From: Tubulanus polymorphus
Taxonomy: Eukaryota; Animalia; Nemertea
Reading direction: 5' to 3'
Length of the DNA: 64,000 bases
Assembly (NCBI RefSeq): GCF_964204645.1
Contig: NC_134026.1
Location: 4,425,950-4,489,949, forward strand
Under the pieces are notes generated by a model. The model ran no database searches, was not told the origin of the DNA, and saw only the letters and a program-made list of their open reading frames with translations. Both the position numbers and the translations under genes were made by a program. This document shows positions 27,416 to 40,175 of the stretch, piece after piece; the stretch's first letter is position 1, and each line of letters opens with the position of its first letter.

Positions 27416-29263
27416 GCTAAGGTGTCGCTCTGCTGATGATAGATTCATTTTCTTGAGTTGAATATCACCGCTAAGATGAAGTAAACTGATTAGAGCAATG
27501 ATTTCGCAGATTTCAATTTCGTTGGGGATTTAAGAAAAGCGCACGTACGGTAGATAGATATTGTAATGTGCACTTAGTCAGGGAAGGTGCGTGACCCACC
27601 AGCTGTCGTATTAACGTTATTAATGCGTACATCACTGTGAAAGAATTGCTCGAAGACTATGTTTCACCATAGCTCGTTAACGTGGTTATTCTTTACGACA
27701 GAAGCTAACGGCGCAGAAAAACTAAGCTGTCAACGGCACAGGGAACCCTCGAGAATCTGATTCCTTTTTCTATTGCCATTCAGGAAATTAAAGGCGGATG
27801 ACAATTAACCGATCACAATCGCGTTCGATTGGTCCATTCGTACTGGAAGCTTTATACGAACGACGAGATAATCACTAGAATACTAAAAACAAGAAACTCC
27901 AATGGCATTCACGTACAATTGAGGAAGTCAAATAGACTCGTTTCAAGAGTATATCAGATAATTCTACTTGAATCATCGACCTCAACATGATCAACTCAAC
28001 AAATATAACGATGATATGGAAAAGTTTATGCCTTCACGGAATCAAACAGATGAATATGAGACGAGCAGAAAAATACATTTTCCAATCCCGGCTATTGGGA
28101 TTAGCGATGCTTCCAACCCGTCTCGCAGAGATGGCAGAAGATGTTTATAGGAAAATCTTGGATAACAATCAACTGTAGTCATCATGTTTTGTGTTGTTTT
28201 ATAGTTCTTCCAAGTGTTACGGCCAACCTTTTGTAAAACTAAGCATATTCCAGTTTACATTTTAGTCTCTTTATGTCGAATATGACTTCTATCTATAAGT
28301 TAGGTAAAAAGGTACGCGAATGACGTACGCGTCCTTTTTAACGAGTGTGTACACCGTATCCGTACATGCTCGCCATCTGTTGCGCCGGTTTGATCAGCTT
28401 TATTGCCAGATAAGCGGTCGTGCATCGTAGCGAATTAAAAAGATACACGCCCAAGAAGACTACGAAGAAAACATGTTTAGCATAAGAGGTTTCAATATCA
28501 GATTAGTCCGCGGGTCTAGTTCATTAATCTACTCTCATTTGCAAGGGTAATGCCTCATCGCGAATAAATCAATCTTTATATTCGCCAATTGATGGTATAG
28601 GTCTCGAAATCTGCGGAGTGTGTTACATACGAGCATCAATTTTTCGCCTTCACGCTTCGTGGTGCCTGGCAATGACGCCGGTCGTCTATTACGAAAATAG
28701 AATGAATCGATGGAACGCATTAATGAAATTGTGAATGGCACATTTTTAGCACGGAGTTTTATCCTCCAATATTGTATCCGGTTAAAAATACCTGCGCAAT
28801 GTCGTTGACCCGTCTCATTTTACTAAACATCTTAGATGTATGGTTTGAACTATCTAAAATGAGAAACGTGCAATGAATTGTAATTGATCGACGATACACT
28901 TTAATTTGGGGTAAAAATTAACACGAAAACTAATTTGAAAGTTTATTGACGCCTTTGAGAAAGATGACACATTTATGTTGCCTGATATTATTGATAATGA
29001 ATAAGCAAATATTATATTGAGGAGCAATAGAGTACAATTTCAATTTGAATATATCGACAATTGAATTGAATTGACCGGCAACCAGTCTAACCATGCTTAT
29101 TCCAATATCGATGACGTAAAGGGCACATTCCCATTCAAAATCCATTATCAAAAAGACAAATTTATTAAATAGAAATTAAGAGACTTGAAATACATTTCAT
29201 TACAAGATAAACGCCAAAATTCACAATTATAATTGTTATTTTGAGACGATGATATTTATGACG

Positions 29264-29340
29264 CAGTACCCCTTTTAAACTAACGCTTAGTTATCTATCT
29301 ATAAAACCATTATCGTAACGGTTTTTGCGACGTTGAAAAT
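29264..29340 (+). mobile_element. Dispersed Tigger-like MITE fragment, copy 3 of 3
   Basis: CAGTACCCCTTTTAAACTAACGC..TATAAAACCATTATCGTAACGGTTTTTGCGACGTTGAAAA, homologous to the 16780 copy. Confidence 0.6.
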
Positions 29341-30453
29341 GCGTTTTTAAGAATGGTCACGAAGAACCTTCTATGCCGCGGCTAGACAGACATGAAATGT
29401 CTCGTCGACCAAAGATTTCGACCTATTTCAGATTGGCAAAACGTCACGTCACGAATTTCGACTAATAATGCCAGCGAGCATTCACAGCCTTCATGTAGTA
29501 GAATTTAGTCGTGTTTCGTAGATCAAGGGGCTTTGCTTTAAAGGGCACAAACGAATAGCCAATCGTAAAGAATCATTAGCTGATTCCAGTGGATTCCTGC
29601 GTTTTAACAGACGAGAAGATCGATTTCTAGGTACTTTCTATCTGATTTACGCAGAAAGGATTGACATTTGGATACACAAGTAATGTAGACGTTGTAAGTT
29701 GCTCGTCTTGTCGGTATGGGAATGTTTCTCTCGCGTGTAATCTGATTCGCCTGTCCACGGGGAGTCAAACACAGGGATAACCGATCGTAGAGATGCTAGT
29801 TGCGGATAACATCAATCCGATACCCATGTTCCCGCATCGATCATTGGCCACAGCCGGACACACAGCGCTCTAGTATATTCACATCCAATTCCTATCTATA
29901 CTAATCAATATTTGTTGATATTCAACTAAACGCGGTATTCGTTAACGATGGTGCAAATGACAATGCCAGAGAAAATGCGTATACCATCAGATTCTATTGT
30001 GGATTTAATGGATGATATCGGCACCCGAGCGAAAGATGAATTACCATTGAGCGCGGCTTAAAATTTAAGCGTGATTACCAGCTACCATGGATACGTTCAG
30101 CGAGTTGTATGATCTAACACCATGTTGGTAACTGATTTTTAACGTGGTTCGACTTTTTGCACATTTCCGGTAGTCCGCTGGAACTCCCCCTAATCATAAA
30201 TAACTAAGTCATATTAGCTTTTGATCTTAATAGAAATACTTAGTGACTAAGTTTGCTCTTTTTAAATTGTGATAAAATGAGGGATTCGATAATTTGGTTT
30301 ATATGGAGATTCTCCTCATTCAAGAGGACGTGTGTTGTTACCTTAACGTACGATACATACAGAAAAGCTACATATTGTGAGACACTGGTAGTTAATTAGA
30401 AGTCTTGCTGACAAAATATGACAGTCGAGATGCTGTATTAGTATTGCCAATAG

Positions 30454-31110
30454 CTACGACAACAAGGCCAGGGAGGTAATATCGCTTGACAAGTATTCCA
30501 TGAAAGTGGTACCGGACGATGTAACACACCAGGCCATTCCTCTTACTTAAGCGTTGGATTTTCCATCTTTACTTGTATCAATGGTCGGGCTAAATGTAAT
30601 AAAGCCGTTTAGTACCAAAATCGAAAAACGTCATCTTTACATTTCACCTCTGATTATTCCGATAACAATCTTGTATACGGTTTATGAATATAAGTATTTT
30701 CTTTTCGCCGATTGAATATACGTCTCGGATGCTCGCTTAATGTCTGACGGACATACATTTTCAAGATGCTTCAAGGTGCTTAATTTCCTTTCATTTAGGA
30801 ATACTTTATTTGCATCATGATGCCGATGTATGTCATGGTGATAAGGCGTCCGGATTACGTCGAAAGTCAGGAAGACGAGTCAAGTGAAGCGAAAGGTCTA
30901 AAATACGCGACGGTATATTTCCAGCTCAGACTGGTGGAGTTTTCTCGGCCGCCAAAAAGAGATCACACGTCTGTCGCAGCGTCGGTTAATGATAAAAGTG
31001 CAAACGCAGCAATCATATTTGGCCTTTGAAGCTTCAATGTTGAGGATGCTCCGAAGAAGCCTTTTCTCGGCAATCCCTTTATACATGTATGGCCAGGGTG
31101 ACACTGTCAT
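30454..31110 (+). pseudogene. Decayed Ser/Thr protein kinase pseudogene (STE/MAP3K-like by impression)
   Basis: Ordered motif remnants with stops and frameshifts: GQGG (30466); RTYIFKMLQG (30748) joined to ILYLHHDADVCHGD-KASGLRRKSGRRVK* (30801-30887; cf. GLxYLH..HxDIKxxNhLh...VK); LRLVEF/SAAKK (30925; cf. VKLxDFGxAK); HIWPL and VE.ML..PF (cf. DIWSLG..EMxxGxPPF). Confidence 0.55.
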
Positions 31111-32656
31111 CTTCCAAAGCTCTTGCAGCTGTGCGGCTTTTATGCTTCATTATTTTTCTATGAAAAAGAGTTCGCTTAATGCAACAATCTGTACTACTTG
31201 GGTGCCATACCTTAAATTTTCTTCATCAATTTCAAATCAAATTCGCTTTACGAACCGTTCTTGAGCGACTTCGATACGATATTTATATTGTTTTGATGAC
31301 CAGTATAAGATATTCTAAAGCTTAAGTAATATATCATTGATAATCATCGCCTTTGATCATTACATTCTCAGAAAAAGATTCAGTTTAGAAAACGTTGAAC
31401 AAACGATTTAAGAATGCACTTGAAATTCAATTAATGATATTCGTCGTTTTCACATACGCGGACCATCTATTTTGAGGATATCTTATACAAAATATCGTAG
31501 TTGTAGACTAATCAAATGGGATTTAACATTGGCTGGTAGTCCGGTAATCCTGTCGGCATTGCGGATCACTATTCGACGACATGACAAACTAACGACTTCT
31601 GTGCGTTGCGTTGCGTTCGATCGATCACAAAAGCGAAGACAACCGCGACTACGCTTCTTTATCCAAATTAGCGAAGGGAGATAAAACTTCAAGCCGGTTA
31701 TGGTGGAAATCAACTGACGTCCTCGTGGCGTGATGCTCTAACGCGACGTGAACACGCATACGGTGATGATATGGTTGACGATTATCAGCCTGAGAAAATT
31801 ATCATTCTTCATTTCTCCTCCGTATTTAGTGAAGGTCGAAGCAATAACAGCTGTGCAGACTTGGACTTCGCGCGAGTCACGTACGCTCTCTTTCGTGGAA
31901 ACGGAATAGACGTATTTTCAACAAAAACTCAATTTACTGGAAGTAATTTTTGATATACAGTTGAAACTGACGGTTATTTTCATCCAGTTTCGCCCACGCT
32001 GTCGGCACGTACGCGCGTTCTCGAATATCCCGCGATAATCGTTTAAATTAACCGCGTTATCTGGAATTCAGTATCATTTATGATGAACCGAAACCGAACC
32101 TATAACCAATGCAGCCCTTAGGCTTTTGGTCTGCGTGTAGCATCATCGAGATTTTCTATCTTTTCGAAGTATATGAAAGCGTTAATGATTTACTTGGGTA
32201 ATTTCGGTCATTGCTTGGTTCTGATAGTCTTTGATAGCTTGTCACATATAATTCAAGCATCCGTGTCCTCGAGGTCTCGAAAAACTGATAAAACCGACCA
32301 ACGGTGTGACGCATTACTAAGATGCTAACCACAAAAGTATCTGCCCCGTCAATTTGTAATTGGTAAGCTTCATTCTCGTAATGAACTGCTACAAGAAGCT
32401 TCTCTTCTTCATAATTCACCGATGTGGGAGACGTAATAAAAAAGCTATCATAAACAGAATATTAGATGGTATAGATAATGATATAGTTTTGCGTGGAACA
32501 AGTGCTTGTAGCATTGATCATTTATATATTCTGAAACAACGAACATGAATAGCCCACGTGAATAGCCCCTCATTTCTACTTACAGTACAAAAGAAAGTTA
32601 AAGAGACGACTTACATTTAGAAGGAAATACTAAAATCATGGGCTTGCTAATATCCT

Positions 32657-32747
32657 GGATCCATTTCCACAGTTCTGAGTTTTGACTTACTGAAAATATA
32701 TTGATTTCAAGTCCTTAACTCTAATTCGCAACTGTGGAACTGGACCC
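32657..32747. mobile_element. 91-bp MITE, PIF/Harbinger-like ends
   Basis: Left GGATCCATTTCCACAGTT vs right reverse complement GGGTCCAGTTCCACAGTT (16/18). TSD not clean, so the superfamily is tentative. Confidence 0.7.
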
Positions 32748-34802
32748 TAGTGTAATGACCATCAGTATCTAAGTTTTAGGACTGTAAAAACATGTACAAA
32801 TTCAGTACTGAATCATTTTCTATGTTTACCGGGAGGATTCCCAGGACTCCCAACTACGCGCGTGTCCACCCTTGATAATTCCAATTAGCGAAGAACTTAA
32901 CGTTTATGCGGAAAAGATGTCACGTCATCGAAATGGACCCTCGTGTACTTTAGTGTACTTGATACGGACAATCGTACATGGCGGAAGTGTGATCAGTAAT
33001 GTTGCCATCAGCTATGAAATATACGGCCACCACTTCATCGGTAGAAATCCATTTACCACAAGCTGCGACTGACTGCGCAAGACGTATAATCGTTTGATGC
33101 GATAATACGTGATTATATGTGATTTAATTGTAATTGTATGTCATTAACAATTAATGAGTACTTTACGTGCCGCGTTTAGCGCCGTATACCAGACGTTATT
33201 GGTTGATGAGCGTCGGTCACATCATGGACGTATGAGCAACGATCATACGAAGACGATGTAGCCCGGGTCAAACTGACCCGCACCAGGCCCGGCTCATTTG
33301 GGCGATGCATTCACGCCTACGTAAATCACTCAGTCATTACTAAAATGCTACCAAAACGATGACGTGGTAGGCGATCAGTCACTGCCAGGACCAGTTAGAA
33401 TTCTCACGCAAATCCTAAACAGTGAATTGTTCCAAGATCGGTCCGGGTCAAATCTGGTACGGGCATAATTAGACCGGGTCATGATCCTGACGAACTAGAC
33501 TTCCATGGTTAGATCGTGTTGGACAGTTTAACCGTGGTTTATCTTATACCTGTCGGTAGTATATTCAATCAGATTTCCTTTCCCTATTTAGACATCAGTG
33601 CATGGATTTAGTAAATTTCCTTGATGCACTATTCTGGTAATAGCTTTTTCGTAGCATAAGACTGAATTAACAGTCATACACTTTAAACCCTGGGTGTCTT
33701 CTAACTAGAATGGAAACGGTCTATAGATAAGCGGGAATTTGTTGGTGCTGAAACTGTGTCTATTGTGTACATCAACTACGTCATTTACTGCTGGCTATAA
33801 GCATTTAGCAGCACAATCATGATCATTTGAATTAGGAATCGAAAGTATATCTTAAGTCTAGTCTCTTTATCGGGCCTTGAAGTGACTCCTCGGTTTATTT
33901 TCGTACCTGGAACCCCGACGCGATTGAGAATTAATAACTCCGTTCGGCGTCTCCATTCTTAGAAGGTGACATTTTTGCAATAATCAGCATTTTATAAGTG
34001 GAAAGACCGAATCGATGACCGCGTTGACGGACGTGCGCGTGGATTTAGCGCTGACAAATAATGACTACTACTTTCGCTTCATCCCGTCGGTTAGTAAATG
34101 ATGGCATGAATGGGGGATAACTATGCCCGAAGACATTCAATGCGTCTTCTCCGTCTTGGTAATAGAAAGATTTTCCTCCACGTTACAACCTACGTATGGC
34201 GTTATCGGCGACTCTTAATTGGCTTAATATCTGTCGGTCACAACCTCATTGTTGAGAACATGCGTTATGTTTCTCTTACACGCAAATGAAACGGAAGCGT
34301 GCAGGATGCATCCCCAGAAACGATAAGGTCCAAGATAAAGCGTATTTTCATGCGTGATGTACTCGTTCACGAACGCGTTTCATCGGGGTATCATAACACT
34401 AATTGCGATCGCACCACGAAGCGCACGTCGCACGGTGATCAAAATACTCAGCGCCGAGTCCACGCGACGTCGATCGGGAAACCTGATGACAATAAACTGA
34501 TGGAAATAATTATCCACTATTTGACGACACTCACAACGTAGAGCTCAGTAAATAACTTTCCAATTCCGTTAAGTTTCGTTTTCGGCATCTTCGTTGTCGT
34601 CGTTTAGTTTTTCTTTATTGCTCGTATTCAACGAACCGTTGATGAAGATCGCGTTGTTGATGCTTTTCGAGCCAGTTTATCATCGAGGTGCGGTTTTACG
34701 TGAAATATGGGCATGAAGTAGTTTGAATATTTTGCAGAGGAGCCGTGTTAACCTGGCATCGAATCAGTAAAACGGTAGAGCATATCTACTTCACCGGTTA
34801 AC

Positions 34803-34992
34803 TAGTTTATTTGAGTGAGATTCGAGCTTTCGCTGCTAGTGCGTAGTAGCTTCGTCAGGTAAAATGAGTACAGTCAACGCAGTAAAAACTTTAACCTAAC
34901 TACTGTTGTATCTGCATTGACTGTACTCACTTTACCCGGTGAAGCTAACTACGCACTAGTAACGAAAGCTCGAATCTAGCTCGAATAAACTA
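34803..34992. mobile_element. Foldback MITE with ~80-bp imperfect inverted arms
   Basis: TAGTTTATTTGAGTGAGATTCGAGCTTTCG..GAGTACAGTCAACGCAG (34803-34882) is complementary to 34912-34992. TTAA lies at 34798-801 and 34993-996. Confidence 0.85.
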
Positions 34993-35347
34993 TTAAACCT
35001 ATAAAGCAGGTCTACTATCATCTCTAAGTTGTACTGATTCGAATATTTGAATATATAAAAGAGTCATTATCGCGCGTAGCAGCTTCAAACGAATGTCATA
35101 AATCATTATGGATTCGAACCGACGACACCACACGTTGACCGGTACTGAACCGACAATCGTCGCCGGCCACGCCAATTGACCTATTCCATCTTTGCATCAG
35201 CAATTTTTCCGATAGCGCAATTATGCAAGTTATGCACGCGCGTATTGATTGAGTATGCGTGCTCGTTGATCGAGCGAGTAATAACATGTCAATCAACCGA
35301 AGCCTTTGGGCACGTGTAGAGACAGAGAGGCCTTCCAAAACCGCGCC

Positions 35348-35612
35348 ATATGTATTCCGTTAATCAAAGAAGAGGTTGCTAGACAAGTCAAGGGTTTATG
35401 CAATCGAGGTAAGAATGCGCACTGTACTGGTGATGTACACGCATTTCATACATTTTCGCCGGCTAGTCGATCTACTACAACTGCTGATGTATTAAATAAA
35501 GCATGCTCGAGCAGCTCTCGACCGTCTCATAGAATCGCTGATGATAGCTATGACACCATCAGATTTATGGTCGGCTGCCGTAATGGATCTCAGTGTTATG
35601 CATCACCTAATT
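35348..35612 (+). mobile_element. Possible decayed LINE RT N-terminal region (domains 0-1)
   Basis: LIKEEVARQVKGLCNRGK..GDVH (cf. IxxxEVxxxLxxLxxxKxxGxDxI), then ADVLNKACSSSSRPS (cf. LxxhFNxSLxxGxhP). Confidence 0.45.
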
Positions 35613-36364
35613 TAACCCACGAAGATATCCGCGTGTAGTACAGATTCTTGACCAACCCAGTGCGCTATTACGACTTGTCTATGTTACGGCGAGTTTGGTT
35701 CATAAGCAATGATAAAGTGTATGGTACCATATCTAACCTCAGTATAGTATTTACGTTAATCTTTTATTGGACAAGTCGGTTCATTTACATTTACATTGTA
35801 AGCTACGTGTAGGAGAAAAAATGTAAGCCAAAGTTTTGCCTACGAGGCACATCTGAGTTTTTCTATTTCAATTCACTGTTGATGGTTTTATACATTTCTA
35901 TAGTGATCCTGCACCGAAGCTAAAAGCGTTTGGTTTGGACGTAGCTGCAAACATTACCGAAATTACACTTTTTCTCGTGTCTTCACGGTGACATCCTACT
36001 CGGCAGTTCTTGATTCAACAACTTGGGGAACGCAAACGGGAAGCTATCTGTTGTATGTATACCACCATCGGAAAATCAAATATTGAACGACGCCTTCCGT
36101 TTTTGTGGAACGATTGATCGATTGCCGGATCCCACTGCCTTAAATGATGCCGAGAAATCGGCGCAGATGAGGACGAACAGGGACAGGGACAAACTTTGAC
36201 AGGAGCACAAAGAAATAGAAAGGGCATATAAAGGGCAGGTTAAGTATCGACCCAGCAAAAACAAGGATCTGGAAGTGCATTATCATACAATTTCTAGGCA
36301 CATATGGGACATCTAAGAGAATATAAGCTAAATCTTACGCTACGGACTGCTGTCTTATTAGTTG

Positions 36365-36440
36365 CGGGAGGAAATAGTGCCCTGAAAAATATTCCCAATG
36401 TGTTTTTGAATGGGCTCGGTAAAGTTGCGACAGGAAGACG
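36365..36440 (-). mobile_element. Possible decayed CR1 ORF2 fragment
   Basis: FLSQLYRAHSKTHWEYFS (cf. LYKxLVRPHLEYxS). Single motif only. Confidence 0.3.
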
Positions 36441-38214
36441 TGCTTCTTGTGGTCCCGTCTTGATCCGCCCCTGAAGAATTTTACAACACCATCAGACGGA
36501 AAGTTTTGTGAGGATGATGACTCATAGCTATACTCGAATAAGAGCAAACGTCTTTTAGTACGAAGATATGCAATGAATCAGCGAAGAAACTACGAGTTCG
36601 GAAAAACGACAGAAATAATCATGCACACAACTTGACACAGTTACGGTGAACTCAATGTCAGAACGAGTTAAGTTGTTTTACATGTATCGGCATTAATAGA
36701 ATGAAGGATCAATGCAGAAATCGTTCAGTTCGAAAATGTAAGTAATTTCCTTTCGAAGGTCTATGAGTGGAACACAGTGTACTACTTGGCACACTTATCG
36801 TGACATTGAACTCTGTGTATGGCATAATTAATACATTGGTAACTGATGCATCATTAATATGACGCTCATCATGCCGTCAAGTAATGCGTATGGGCTTTAT
36901 AGGGCAACCAGTCCGTCTCACTGATTTGATTCGAATCGTGTAGCCGGGAGACACGCAAGAATTATCAATAATAAAGTATACTAGCGATGAACAGCAAGGG
37001 ATTGATCATTTCTAAATTCCGAAGCACTTACTTAGTACACGTCTCTACGCGCATATTGGATAGAAGTGTTCCATGGTAATTTACGTGCACGACGCAATTC
37101 ATACATGTACGTACGATTGTTCACCGTTGGATCTGATAGTGAACTGGACGAAGGCCATCACACCACTCTCCTGAATCGATCTCAATCCCTCATCTAGTAG
37201 CTGACATAGTCTGAAATGAACTCGGACAACCACCGAACCTAACATCGATGGCAGTGACCTTGTTGCCGACCGCGCGAAAGATGGAGTTTTCGTACCCGTT
37301 GAAGTGATGTGTACTAAAGAGAGGGAAGAAACATCGAACCTACTTATAATACTCAGAGTTGCAGCCATATTGGGGGATGAAAGATTCGTCTTGAATGAAT
37401 AACGATGCATGAATTATAAGAACGATGTTCATGAAATTCAACTCGATCATCCTTGTCCTTACTCACAGCTGAACCACTAGCAAGCGTCTACAACCATTCC
37501 GCTCGACGAAACTGTTTCCGATTTCGTCGAGATTTCATATATAGAATCTCCTTTGAAATCTGTATTGATTATACTAATTTTGTCTATTTCTGTTTCTGAA
37601 TCACAGCGGAACTGAATCAGCCGTTGGGATTCTTGTCAAACAGTTTTTCTCGTAGGCTTGTTGAAAGACGACGTGACTGATACGTTCGTTTAGGTAAGAG
37701 ATGAACGCATTCGCTTTTCCGAGAAAACAGTATTCTGCCAAGACACATAGGTGAAACCGGAATCAGCACCGACTGTCAGGTGTAAACAAGACATCGTGTT
37801 GAATAGGTCGTGTATGAAACTAGCGTTGAACCTGATCCTCATCAGGTGTCTCTTTCGGGTATCTAAAATGAATATGACGATCCTTTTGAATTTTGCAGTT
37901 TGATTTTTGCATTGAAGACAAGTACCATGGAAACTCCAGCAATGCACAACTGGTCGTGTTAATATGAAGCCGCACTTGTCATCCTGTAAGTGTTTGTTAA
38001 TTACTGAATCGTATTACTCGCGTCCATTTCAAAGTCATCCGGTCTAATCTAGACGTTTGCGCTTAATTAATCCTACGCTGCTAACTGGATAATGAATGAA
38101 CCAATAGGAGAAATCAATTGTCAGTGAGATATCATTTTGTATGGCATCTAAATATGAAAATGTCAATATCAATAATGAAAATCAATTTGTAAGATTTATA
38201 TCTGATGAAAATAA

Positions 38215-38810
38215 ATACTAGGTACTTTTATCTACAGATCTGTCCACTCCGAATTACCGAAATCATTCGAAAATTATTGGAACCAAAATTTTCAAATCCA
38301 CAGTCACAATACTCGGCGACGTCAAGATTTACAAACACTTTCTTTCAATAGTCTAAGAAGAAAATTTTCAGTAAAAGTATCCGGCCCTTTACTTTGGAAT
38401 AACATCAGTGAAAATCTAAAAAACATGGAAAATTCTAAACTGTTCCTAAGAAATTATAGAAAGCAACTTTGTGCTTGATTTTATCATACAGTTATTCGAA
38501 CTAAAATTATTGTTTTTGGAATATTTCAGAAAATAACTGGCTTATTAAATGATTATATCTTAATCAAGCTGTTATCATAGTTTACTTTGATTGCATTTTG
38601 TGTGTTAAGGGTTGACTGTGAGCATATTATTTTCTTTATTGCATTTCTCTTTTTTTCTTTTCTCTTTTGAGGGACCTGTTTTATACAAACTATTCCTTAG
38701 TTTCTACAGACCCCTCCAGGTCTAATTTACTGTATTTTGTATTATGCTTTGTACACTATGCTGTAAATTATATTTGAAAAATAAAGTGTTCAAATCAAAT
38801 CAAATCAAAT
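38215..38810 (+). mobile_element. 5'-truncated CR1/L2-group LINE: open ORF2 C-terminus, 3' UTR and (CAAAT)4 tail
   Basis: Open frame 38215-38478: ILGTFIYRSVHSELPKSFENYWNQNFQIHSHNTRRRQDL..RKFSVKVSGPLLWNNISENLK..KLFLRNYRKQLCA* (HxxNTR and GPxLWN motifs). T-rich UTR with stem-loop near 38668-38716, AATAAA at 38780, tail 38791-38810. Candidate TSD AAATAAATA at 38209 and 38807. Confidence 0.92.
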
Positions 38811-40055
38811 AAATATATCTAAAATACTAAATAAGGTTATTCGATGCCCAGTGAATGTGTGATACCCATCGCCAAGAGCTGAAAACTTATCAAATAGAGC
38901 ATTGCGGTCATAATATAATGAAGATATCCATCCATTTGAATGTACCATGTTCTCGTATCCAGAGCTTAGTTAGGTAAAGCCCAACGCACACGACACAAGG
39001 AAACACAGAATCGAACCGTTTGATTTCTGAAACGTTGTATCCCGAAACAATGTTTCTCGGTGTCGCAAGCGCACGCGACGCAGGAAAACGCCCGGAAACA
39101 TATTTCTGTATCCCGTTTCCCTGCATCGTGCGCGTGAGGTTTCAACAGTTATAATAATCTTTAGGTTAAGTTCGTCATAGTCCGCGAGCGCCAAAATCAT
39201 GCCGAACGAGTTCGAGATGTCGTCTTATCAAATTATCTGATTTGTGTGTTTCTTCGTCTGATACATCCCCGGTCGGTTTAAGGTGCTTAAAAGCTTCTTC
39301 ACTTCCAACAGGAAAAGAATGGCCTCTGAAGAAGACGGCCTAGGTAAATTCAATCACAGTTTAATCAACTAAATATGTTTAGAATCTTTTTAACACTCAA
39401 CCTCAAAGAACTCATTAGTTTCGAACGAAGTCCCAGCATCACTGATTCAGTCGTCGGTTCAACAGCGAGAAGCTGCTGATGATTATTATCTAAAAAAAAA
39501 AATGAACACCCAACCGCCACAAACATCAACTTTTGTTGAAGAAAACAAAACGAGAAATTAATTAACTCAATTTAGTGCTTATTCATGGTAACAGTACGTG
39601 CTTGCTTTGAGTTGTGTCACATGCCACATTTGAATGAACCCTCGTTATACGCTTAAAGCGCCAATCATCTAATCAAGAGCGAACTAATCTAAGAAATTAT
39701 TCGGTGCTTACAACTGGTATGACAGTCTAAACGGTGTCTTTTTCATAAGCCGTTTTGCGGGCTTGATTCAGCATCCGTGTTTGGCAGACAAGTGCGCGTT
39801 GCTACAGCAACCACTCATGAAAGAAAAAGCTAACTTTGCCCCAGGGAAGGAGTTCTCTCCCCCACTACCAACGAAAAGGAACGAGTTAATGGTGCCGACA
39901 ACGCATCAACTGTTGCAAAGTTTAAAACATGTTGAATGAACATCTTCGTGATGAAAAAAACAAAATTACGGCGGTCACCATTGGTTGCTAAGCCAACAAA
40001 ATATTCACTAATTTTTCAGAAAATACATATACGTAGTTAGCATAGTTAACATGTG

Positions 40056-40085
40056 CAGTAGACTCCGCTAGCCTCGGATATCTCC
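40056..40085 (+). mobile_element. Tigger-like TIR fragment
   Basis: CAGTAGACTCCGCTAGCCTCGGATA. A related end (TA|CAGTAGACTCC on the minus strand) finishes at 42420. Confidence 0.35.
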
Positions 40086-40086
40086 A

Positions 40087-40175
40087 AATTCCGGAGCATT
40101 TGGAGCGGGATGATTTGAAGCAAGACGAACATTGAATCATCTGTCTACGAAACGACGATGCGAGGCAAATTGTGG
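40087..40175 (-). mobile_element. Decayed PHD-finger remnant (as in CR1/L2 ORF1, or a host pseudogene)
   Basis: TICLASSFRRQMIQCSSCFKSSRSKCSGI (cf. CxxC..hIQCxxCxxWxHxKCxGh). First Cys and the His are lost. Confidence 0.45.

Noticed and set aside
28306-28340. Terminator-like hairpin plus T-run
   Set aside because: Weak stem, no upstream gene, eukaryotic DNA.
34299-34440. APE-like GYHNTNCDR motif
   Set aside because: Single weak motif without supporting neighbours.
35105-35180. Minus-strand B-box GGTTCGAATCC
   Set aside because: No correctly spaced A-box and no cloverleaf.
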